A DNA stretch of 64,000 nucleotides from Chrysomallon squamiferum (Eukaryota; Animalia; Mollusca): assembly GCA_012295275.1 (NCBI GenBank), contig CM022670.1, positions 23,126,001 through 23,190,000 of the forward strand, given 5' to 3'. The notes below the pieces were generated by a model. The model saw only the letters and a program-made list of their open reading frames with translations, searched no databases and had not been told where the DNA came from. A program made the translations under genes and the position numbers. This document shows, piece by piece, positions 1 to 11,172 of the stretch (its first letter is position 1; the number at the start of each line of letters is the position of its first letter).

Positions 1-3000
1 CGATAAAATAGAGAACATTCATTTGACGTTCCATATTATGAAGTTGTTACATTATTCTTATTTTATGAAAGGGTCATACTTGGCCATTATAAACAAATGT
101 TTGACTATACAATTGGAATTTAGATTCTGGAATACTTCACTTATTGACATAAATCTATCCATTTGCAGTTAAAAAAACATGAACAAATATATATCAAGTT
201 ACCCTGCCAAATACATATGAAAACAAACTTAGTGTCAGACATATCCTTTCCTATTTGAATATGCGCAGTAATCTTAAATACCTATAAATACCTGTTTCAT
301 GCTAAAATGTTTGTCAGTTTTAGCAAGAAGGTGAAAGTAAAATTTTATTACTTGAGAATGTCAGTTAAATTTGTAGATGTCAGAGAAATGGTTCCAGTAC
401 TGCAAAATTTAAAATAATAATAATTCTTATCAATTAACCCAGTAGAGCTATCTTTAATCACACTTCTTTCTTTTCTTGAATCAGATTTTATTTTATATAA
501 TTACTGAACTGATTTATTACTGTATTTTGTCAAAGAGAACCAACCACAAATGTGTAATTAAACAAATAGTAATAAAAAGATTTTTAAAAATTTAATGAGC
601 ACTGTATCTCCAGTAGAATGTGACGCAACTATAAATACATTTTCAAAAGGAATAACAATTATAGCTGGTGTGGAAAGGAGATTTTGAACAAACAGTTACA
701 TTTGTTAATATTTGTAATATCATTATATGGGTGGTGTTAACAGTAATCAATATATTTAGTATGTGTAGCGATGTCTCTGGAGATCCTTCATCAGCAGTCT
801 AAATTAGTTACTTTCCAGTAAAAACAAGAAATCGACCGTGTAGTGTTTGCTAATCATTACTAGGACTGCAGCGGACAGCTTTGGCGATATAACTTTGATT
901 CATCTGCCCACATTGGCCTGTCGAAATGAAACAAGAATGACCGATTTTTCTGTCAGCTGATGACCAGGAAGACTGGGAGTAAATTTGTTGCAGTCATGCG
1001 CAAGTTCTTTTGTTAACGAAAATAGAACCAATCGGTCTTTTAAACAATTTTTTCTCCCATTTTAAACCTTAATTAATATTCTTTCTTCTTTTAAAAATAA
1101 AATTAAAATAATACAAAAATAACACCCATATATTAACTAACACATTTTACAAAAACAAAACAAATTAAGTATTTTCAGATTTTGGAGAAAATGTCTGCCA
1201 GTAAATCATTGTGTTTCTGGTAATTAGTTGCCATCCTGTTATTGACCCTAGCTGATAAAATCATTAAACAAGAAACTGACTGACAAATCTATGCAGTTTT
1301 CTTCAAGTTGCCCTTTATAAATTCATGTTGAGTTTTTTCCTTAACTAAGTATGAAGCTGGACCAGTGTCAACAGATGCGTATCTTGTTAATCCTCAAACA
1401 CAGATCTTGGGAGATGTCTGTCGTTATAATCATCTTTCTCCACTTGATTGCAAATCTGGCTTGGCGGCCAGTCAAGTTATCCATTTGGTAAAGTTGTGAG
1501 AGTATCATCTTCCAGCCCACTGATCTATATAATCTCTCAGTCTGGTATCAGTCCATGTGTGGCATCCATTTCTCTTTGAAGCATCCTCTTCCACATCCAT
1601 TATTACAAGACGTGCTAATAGCTTGCATTGATTTGTGCTTACAATGTAAAACTTGGACCATATTGTGTGCAGTTGTTTCACATTTTCCTTGACAATGGCA
1701 TCTTAGATATCAATTTTCTAAACAACCATGACCTTTTGTAAGAGCATCAAAACAGTATTTTGGAATGCTAACAAAGAGGAGTCAGTTGTTTCACACATTG
1801 GTTATCATAAACATCATTTTGCATTTGTACCCATTTGTTTTGACTTCATAAATCTGTTTTAGATTAGTAAAAGAGAGAGTATTTCTGCAGGTGCACTTAG
1901 GTTTTTGTCTGTTTGTGTTTATCAGAATTCTTTTTATAAATATTTTATAAATAGGCAATGTTTTCTGTACAAACAATAGAAATTCATCTTTCCTTTTGTT
2001 TCTTACTATTGATAATAGTTTCTGATATAAAATTTCTCTGACGTTAGTGTTAACAAACTTATTGTAGTATTTGTAAAGATTTTTATTAGAATTCATAATG
2101 AAATTGGTTTTGTTTTATAAGATTAATTTTTTTCAATTTTTTTTTTCTTCTTGAATTGACTGGAATATTCACTCATATGACTTTGATAGGAGACATTTTA
2201 TACATTATTAATATCAATATATAGTATAATTGCCTACAGCTGAAGATGAATACATTCTTTTCATTTTATGTATATATTATTTTCTACCAGTCCTGCCTTT
2301 GTTCTGCAAAACAAATATTGATTGTAAAATGAGAGTTTTTTTCCACCATAGTATTTATCTTCTAGTATAAAATTTCATTACAACTCTGAATTTCATTATA
2401 ATTCATCCACCAGGTCTTCGCTTTGCTTCATCAATACTAACACTCCAATCAGAAATCTTTGTCCTTACAGCCACCTTCGTCTAAATGCCCTGGATATAGC
2501 AGTTATCACCAAACACCATATTACGTTTTTGTTGTCAATGCATTATTCAGCTGAGACCACATACATTATTCATTGACTGTAAACACATTGTTTTTCGCTG
2601 TTGTCTATCATTCTGTCTCTGGGCGGTGGACAGCTACACCAGTGTCACTCGGTCTGTTTGCCTTATGCTCTGTGGTCTTCTTCTTCTTCTTCATTGTGTC
2701 TATCGATCTGCGTTGTTCAGGACTGCAGACAGCATTTCCATGCAGAATAAGAAAGAGGATGTTTTCCACATTCAGTAATCGTGTTAGTGGTTTGCTGCCT
2801 AGCAGAGCTCTCTATTGCTTTCTTCAACCCAATCACAAATGGCTGTAGTGTACAAAGATACTTTTGTTTGTTGGTAACTGTTCTGTAAATAATTAACTAG
2901 CTGCTTCATGAAAAAAATACAACATTCTTTATTGCATTATGCGAAATGTTTTCTGTGATCACAAATGGAATGTTAATGTTTTTGTAGCATGGATAAATAT

Positions 3001-3591
3001 TAAATGATATGAAAAATTAGGCAAAAAAGTTGATTTTTGAACGCATGTGAATCAAGATTACATACATCTATAACAGAGAGGAAAAAACAAACAAAAAAAA
3101 CACCTAACCCCCTAAAAACACCAAACTCCCCCTTGACATCTAATCCATTTCTCATTTCACTAATGCAAGCATAATTATAAAACAACATGCAACACAGGCC
3201 ACCGTAATTTAAATAGTGTCTGAATAAATAAATACAATTAGATATTTAAACAAAAATTAAGAAGAATAAGAAAGAAAAAAGGATGACAGAGATAACCTTT
3301 TGTCATTTGTCTAAAAAGTTGATTGATTTAATTGAATTTACTTGCAATGAGAATAAGCAAAGGAGTAAAAAAAAAAGAATTAAATCAATTAATTTCCTTT
3401 GGGAGGTAACCATTTAGTTCTGTGCCAAGCAGGGAACCTCTGTGTTCATTAATGTAGCAGAACATTTTTGTTTTTTTTCCAAGGAAATTTTGTTACTTTT
3501 GTTATTTATTTATTTTCAAAAATCTTTTTATAAAAAAAAATTTGTAAAAATTGTATACATTGATATATGTAAATTATTATTATTAAAGTTA

Positions 3592-3633
<42 letters not shown>

Positions 3634-4186
3634 ATTATTATAATTATCTTCATCATCGTCATCGTCATCATCATCATTATTATTATTATAAGAGATTTTA
3701 TACATTTATTGTGAATTGTGTGAAGAGTAAGTCATCTTTAATTTCTACTGGAAGAAAAATATTTTAAAAATAACTAAAAAAGAAAACAAGAAAGCCTGTT
3801 CTAGAAGCAGTATTACCTGCATAATTATGTTGGGATAAATACTTTATATAAATGAAGTAATACAAACAACATATATATATATATATATATTTTTTTTTTT
3901 CTCCATACATAAATATGTTGGGGTTAATATATATTTATGATAGCAATGATTTGGCACTATGAATCACAGCAGTAATGGAGAAACACTTACAATAATACCA
4001 CATACAATTGGTATTTTTCTCTTTATGATGCATATTTAGTTTTACTTCAGTTTTCTAGATTGGCTTATATAGGGGATTGTTTTTCTGTTAACAGTGTTCA
4101 AAGGATTTAGCAAATATATATATTTTTTAAATTTCTGAATTCTGAAAATATCAAGGATTATTCAGTTCATTATTTATTAACAAAAA

Positions 4187-4220
<34 letters not shown>

Positions 4221-5252
4221 AATGTACAAAAATATTTTAGACATGTCTGTGCCTGCCAATATATATATGTACATCTATATAGATAGAAAGCTAGATAGAC
4301 AGGTAGATAGATAATGTCATTCATTTTATACATTTTACTGTGTAATGTTTGGACAGTTAAAATATTTCCTCAGATGTTATAGAAAACTGAATGTAAAAGC
4401 TGTTCTTGCTCTGAAGGTCACTTTCAGAATATTAAGTAAGCTTAAATTCTTCTGTGGTTTAAAAAACATCTGAAGAATCATGCTTAATAATTTTAAAATT
4501 TAAATGAACAAAACATTTCACATTGTGTAGGTTTAATATCTAGACTCCACAGCAAATCGAAAATGTAACATTTTCTTAATGTTATTAACAATCGTAAAGC
4601 GATCTTTCTTTGTGACTGTATCTGTTATTAAATGTTTTGTAAGTGCTTGCCATCAGAACTGAACAAAATGTAATTTAAAAAAGGTATTTTAGATTGCAAA
4701 TAGAAAGTGCCAGCATTCAGGAAATATTTATTTCCAATCTCTTGTTGCTATGACAATCCATTTAACAAGTTCAGTGGGTATAAAGAGGACAATCATACTA
4801 GGTTAATGGACAGAGCCAGGCTGTAATGAAAAGGTGTACAGGATAAAGGTATTTATTATTGATTTTCTCTTGCAATTCTGTCAGTGTGGCCGACTTGGCT
4901 AATGAAGTGGTTGTGATTGATGTAAAATACACGGGAAATAGATGTGCCTGATCTGTTTTTGAGATGTGGGAGGGATTGTTGATAGCAGTTCATTTAATTT
5001 TTTGTTGTTGTTTTGTTGTGTATTTGATACAGAAGTGTGTATGTGTACCTGTGTTTGTGTGCATTTCACTTATGTGTATCTGTGTATGTATGTGTGTGTT
5101 TGATATGTATGTGTATACACATTTGAATGAGAAATATAAAAATACCTTCAGTTTGTATATCTGTTTGTTTGTTGAGAACATTTGAAGGATATTAATGTAA
5201 CTTTATCAGTAATTATGAATATGTTCATTTAATTTGTAAAATGTGTGTGTGT

Positions 5253-5290
<38 letters not shown>

Positions 5291-5760
5291 GGTATGTTAT
5301 GTGTGTGTGTGTGTGTGTGTATATGTTATGTGTTTGTTAAGGTATGCTTTCTCAGTGTATGTACATGCATGTGAAAACAGATTCTTTCTTTTTCCTAACT
5401 TTACTTAACATTAAGCAGCTTCACAAAAACATTAAGAAAAACTCCCTCTATAACAATGTATTCACTTTTTAATATTTGCTGTTAGAGTCAATTGATAATA
5501 TTTTTATTTATTTTTCTGTTGTGTCAATGGTTAGTGTTAAGAAAAAAACAACTTTAGAAATTAGATGACACAAACAGTTTTTTAATTTATTTGCCCATGA
5601 CTGACTACTCATTATTAGATCAATCCACAGATGACAAAATGACTGTTAAAAATGCAAAATGTAAATTATTTTAAATTGGATAATGATAAGTAACTGGATA
5701 CAAGAATGTAAACATTTCGGTTTATATCATGAATACCTGTAGGATTTTGAAGTCATTTCT

Positions 5761-5831
5761 GTATTTGTCAATGCGAACGACAACGCGATGATCAGGATTG
5801 AAATGATAGCCAGTACCTGAAATGGAGGATG
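5761..5831 (+). promoter_or_regulatory. Intronic inverted complement of the Kv2 3' splice site and S1 codons (candidate ECS)
   Basis: 5778-5831 pairs with 8382-8435 (51 Watson-Crick, 2 G:U, 1 U:U); 5766-5776 pairs with 8440-8450. Confidence 0.85.
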
Positions 5832-7306
5832 CATGCATCTTCTGTCCCCCTCCCCTTTCATCTCATAATCATTGTACATTATTTTATTTAATCATAAGCC
5901 ATTTCTATGTTTCATCTCATTTTATATGTCATTATGATTATCATTTTCCTCCTGGTTTATCTCATTCGATCACATTGCATTTTATTGCCTTATTTATAAC
6001 ATTTTTATTTTTCCTCTGTTTTGTTTTTATTTGTTTTTCCTCAGTATATTTCTATGATGTCATTTTCCACTTTTCCTGTATTAAATACCTGTTGCTGTCT
6101 TTGAATGTTTTTAATGGAATCATCAAGTTAATTTTTGTTACTTGTCTGTTTAAATGTCAATCACACTATTTTCCAGTGTGTTCTTGCTTCTGTCTAAACC
6201 CTGTTTCATTCATTGCAAATGCTTTTCACATTCCATGTTTTAATTTGTGATGAAATATCAGTACACAAGTTCTAAATTTTTATATTCAGAAGTTGTTGCA
6301 GTAAATTTCTCTTGCATATACCTTCTTCTGTTTCTTATACAGGCATTATTCAGTAATGTGCTGTCAGTAACATAAAATGACATCATAGAAATTTTGACTT
6401 CATAAAACACTGTTAATAAATTTTTATGACAAAGTAATTTAGTTTCTTTGGTTGGTTTTTGTTTTAATAACAAAAGAAGAGAATTTTAATTGTCATTATT
6501 TCATGTTCATACTTCCATGTTTGTTTTTATAAATGATTCCAAACACTTGACATTAAAATTCTTATGTCTGGTGTCAGACATGTTTGGAGTCATCAAGGAA
6601 TGGTTGAAATGATTTGATCTAAAGGTATTCATGATTTACAAAACGTCAAATTATCGATTTCTTTTTCAGGTATGTTGACTGTATTGCAGTTTACTGTATA
6701 TATTTTGTGTTGTGCTGAATGTTTGTGAATTTAAATATGTGTTGTAATATTAACACTTTAATTCATTAACAATGTTTGAATGATTTTTTGAAATGTTACT
6801 AACATAAATGAATTTGTTTTACTGTTCAGCAGAGAATTTTAGCATAATACACATTACATTAAAATAATATTAATAATAAAGAAAATATAAAAAATACAAA
6901 ATGATATTTACAAATAATTGAAGTCATATTAATTACATACTTCTTAAATTCATTGGCTGATGCATATTTAAGAACAAGTTTATCAAATGTATGACCCTTT
7001 GAATTAGTTGGAAAAAATGTTGATCATACATTAATCACTAGATAATTTTCTATTTTATTTACACAAGATATGAACACTGAAAGTTTATAAATGTAACTAG
7101 CTCACAGAGGTCACTGTCAGGCCAGGATAATGCTGATGAATGTTAATGGTCTGGGAAGACATAATTGGGTTTTATCAATATCAAATTAACATTTTTGTCT
7201 CTCTTTGTATTAGCAATTTGTGAGCCATAAATTAACTGATGTTAAGGTCTGGCAATTGTTTTTAGCTTTTTACATAACTTTACATAAAATTATCAGAATA
7301 AATCTG

Positions 7307-7357
<51 letters not shown>

Positions 7358-7746
7358 TTATTATAAAGTCATTAAATATTTTTTATTAATTCTAAATTTT
7401 TTATTTTTTGAGATTAATAAGGTTAAGAAATTTTTTTGAGTGTAGTGCATAATTGTTGAAATATATTAGTTTAAAATGTAGATTGTATACAAATGAAGCA
7501 ACGATAGATTAATTTCAATTATTGAGACTGTTTTTAATGCATTACTGTAATTAAATATGATAATGTTTTTTTGTTTTTTAAATTATTATTTAAACTTCAA
7601 CATATCATTTACAACTTATTCCATAAAAGTATATTTTGAATACTAAACTCTCTTTTTATTCCAGGAATGTGTAACTTTGTTGTTGTTTTCTTTTTCCAAT
7701 ATATTTTCATGATTGATTGCTTGCTTGCTTGGTTGTTTCTGCTTCC

Positions 7747-8058
7747 ATGAAAGCGTGTCATCATTCATATTTCCAGTACTCCTTTCTGCTTGTGCTTGAT
7801 CAAATTTGTAACAGCGCTTCTGTTTTACTGAAAGCTTGTGTGAACTCATTGGTGTTTGAAATGGCAAAAATATTTTTACTTTTTTCCTCTCCTTCGTAAA
7901 TATCGGAATCTGCAGCGCAACAACATGTATACTACCTTCATTTCCTGTACAGCACACATTACCTGCCTGAACATTTTCTTCTTACCTTCCTTCCATCGTG
8001 ATCGTAATCTTTCTTCTGCCTCTCCTAATAAGCAGCTGTCACTGTTGCAAATATGCTA
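7747..8058 (+). promoter_or_regulatory. Degenerate collinear inverted complement of the Kv2 pore/S6 region (candidate ECS)
   Basis: Nested helices 7782-7811/9089-9117, 7901-7925/9041-9065, 7946-7963/9012-9029 and 8046-8058/8875-8888. Confidence 0.7.
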
Positions 8059-8396
8059 TCATTGCTCTTATGAGATGTCTAAGTCGTAACTTCAATGAAA
8101 TAAATCTCTAACTATTCTTTTTTATCTGGTGTTTTTAAATTTGCTAATATACCTTGTCAGGTTCTCACCTTTTGTTGTCTGTATTGTAAAAACATTCTTA
8201 TATGTAAACCAAAAATGTTGATCAAAGATAATTTTTGAAATTAAAATTATATAAATATATAAATTATAACAATGATAAACCTCGTATGTATTTGTGAACC
8301 ACATCAGTTTGTGATGCTCTATACAATATGGTTAAGATAATATTGTCAAGTTGGGCTGATTCCTTATGGTTTTCACTTGTTCATCCTCCATTTCAG

Positions 8397-9473
8397 GTGC
8401 TGGCTATCATTTCAATCCTGTTCATCGTGTTGTCGACAATCGCATTGACATTAAATACCATTCCGCAACTCCAGGAGCGGACAAACCCCATTGAACCTGC
8501 GGATAACGCCCGTCTTGCAATTGTCGAAGCTGTGTGTATAGGGTGGTTCACACTGGAATATTTAGCCAGGTTTTGGGCGTCCCCAAATAAATGGAAATTT
8601 TTTAAAGGCCCATTGAACGTAATCGATCTGTTAGCCATTCTTCCGTATTTCATATCTTTAGGTTTGACTGAAACGAACAAAAGTACTACAGAACAGTTTC
8701 AAAATGTGCGCCGTGTTGTACAGATATTTCGAATTATGAGGATTCTAAGAATTCTAAAACTTGCTAGACACTCCACTGGTTTGCAATCCTTAGGCTACAC
8801 TTTGCAAAGAAGCTACAAGGAGTTAGGATTGCTACTAATGTTTCTTGCCATTTCAATCCTTTTATTTTCTAGTTTAGCATATTTTGCAGAAAAAGACGAA
8901 CCAGAAACAAAATATAAAAGTATCCCAGAGACATTCTGGTGGGCAGCAATCACCATGACCACTGTGGGATATGGTGATATTTATCCCAAAACTGGTCTTG
9001 GCAAAATTGTTGGTAGTGTGTGTTGTATATGTGGTGTTCTTGTTATTGCTTTGCCGATTCCTATAATAGTGAACAACTTTGCTGAGTTTTACAAAGATCA
9101 AATGCGCAGGGAGAAAGCGTTTAAAAGGCGAGAAGCCTTAGAAAAAGCTAAAAGGACTGGCAGTATCGTGTCCTTTCATTCCATCAACCTGCGTGACGCC
9201 TTTGCACGCAATGTTGACCTCATTGAGGTCAACTCCCAAGGTCACAAAGAAGAGGGTTCTGATGTGTGCAGTGAACGAGAAAAGTTCGTTTCCAGTCCTC
9301 ATTTTGGTACATCGAAAAACAACGAGACGCAGGATCAGCCCGCTCGGGAGACCGACAGCAGCGATGGCACCCAGTTTAATCTGACCAACAGCAGCACCAA
9401 CAACCTTCTGGATACAGACGAGGAATCACTCAACAGAATGGCATCGCAGCCATTGCTGAATGCTCAGACTCAG
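8397..9473 (+). CDS. Shab: Shab/Kv2 (KCNB) voltage-gated K+ channel, large internal exon S1-S6 plus proximal C-terminus
   Basis: Acceptor tttcag|GTG and donor CAG|gtataa, 1077 nt, phase 0/0. Encodes S4 [21 protein letters not shown], filter TTVGYGD, S6 ALPIPII (Kv2-type PIP) and [24 protein letters not shown]. Confidence 0.96.
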
Positions 9474-11118
9474 GTATAATGATGTAGTTTTTTTTTTTAA
9501 ATTAGCGGCAGCATAATTCAGACATAACTCAAACATCTCTCATGTAATAAATTTGGGGCTTTTATTTTATTTTTTTTTAATATTCTTTATATTTTATTAG
9601 TTCTACAAGCACAGTCTATAAATTTCTAACACAAACTATTGATTTAAGTCATATTAAATAATTTATTATCATCATCATCATCATCATTACAATCAAATTA
9701 TAAATATTTTATTTTTTTTTATTTAAGTTTATTTATGTATATAATTTTTGTTTTGCATTGGGGTTTATATGTCTTTTTTTTAAAAATACATTTTTTTATT
9801 TTTTTTATTTAAATGTCAAATAACAAAAGCACTAAACAAGGCTGCAGCTCTCTGTTTCTCTGTTAAAGCAGATGACTCACAAATGACATAATCAACATCA
9901 GATCACTTAAAGTATATCTCTATGGAACATTTTCAGTAACTGAGACTCCCTAATCCTCTGAACACAGATCTCACAATGTCTCACTGCTAGTTTCAGCTTT
10001 TAGGATGACTGAGTTAACATTTAGTTGAAATACTAGAAACCATACAATATATAATTATTAATTAATGTAAAATATTTATATGAAAGCCATTACAGTTAAA
10101 AATTATATCATATTACCTGATTATTATTAAAAATTAAATGATCCTATGGAATCAACTGTCCATAAATGAGCAGGAGAAAATAAATAAACCTACCAGTTTC
10201 TTTATAATGTAATATAACATTATATATTTTTCTTTCACAAACCTGCTGGTTCAGAAATTTCCAACCAAAATATACCTCCATCTGCCTCTGAAAATATGAA
10301 TAGATGAACTGAATAGAAACAGCAATATTAGCTAAATGTGTAAGATGTAGTTTTCTTTCTTTTCTTAGAAAAGGAATAATTTTAGTGGATTCCAGTTTTA
10401 CAGTTTAGTTTAAAAATGGGTGCTGTTGTCTTATATAATAATAAATTTATATAACAAGTAAGATCTTCTCCCAGTTTTTAATGTTATTAGATATTCTGTA
10501 TTGTTATTCTGAATATTCAAAAGATTTGCTAATTTGTGAAAGTATGCCGACTTGAACTGATAACTCACAATTAGGTTATTGTTTAATGGCTGTTATCTTT
10601 GATGCTTATTCGAAATAATGTACATTAGTTTTATTTTAAGTAAAAAAATCAATAAATTAAAAAAAAAAATTCACAGAAATTAAATCAGGATATAGAAAAT
10701 ATTATTAGAAAAATGGATTTTGTTGTAAATATACTTTTGAATTACCAGTACCATGTAGTGTTTTTTGACTAACATTTTATATGGAGGTGTATGTACACAA
10801 ACACACACCATTTTACCCCCAAATAATCTTCTATCATTGGACATAAACATTTACAATGATTCAGTTAGTTGTTTATGTTTTTAAAATAACAGTGTTTTTT
10901 CCAATTGCTGGAAAAATTATACAAGAATGAACATTTATTTATTAAACGATACCTTTCTACTAATGATTATCAAATATAAGGTTGTTGTGTAATGATGTTG
11001 TTACTGAAGAATATAGTTACTATCCACTTCACTGGCAACAGATAAACTTCTGTTTTTTAATATATTTATCATATATAGAAATATATCATGACCATTAATA
11101 AGTCAGTTTTGAGTCATG

Positions 11119-11172
11119 GAAGTTTGAACTTGAGACCTGTCATTCCTCAGTTCTGCTCACTAACCATTAAGG
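11119..11172 (-). mobile_element. Possible decayed tRNA-derived SINE head
   Basis: Minus strand reads taatggttag (A-box-like) ... agttcaaac (B-box-like) at tRNA-like spacing; no intact cloverleaf. Confidence 0.3.

Noticed and set aside
875-888. 14-nt complement (three G:U) to exon 8520-8533, and similar 11-16 nt matches near 1485, 11954, 15429, 19472 and 20124
   Set aside because: Isolated matches of this length are expected by chance when wobbles are allowed and lack convincing collinear support.
8328-8396. ORF-track N-terminus [14 protein letters not shown] as the Kv2 start
   Set aside because: Intronic read-through: homology begins at the tttcag acceptor and Kv2 needs an upstream T1 exon.
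9213-9233. Exonic palindrome gttgacctc-att-gaggtcaac
   Set aside because: A 9-bp stem is within chance expectation and too short to be an ADAR substrate alone.
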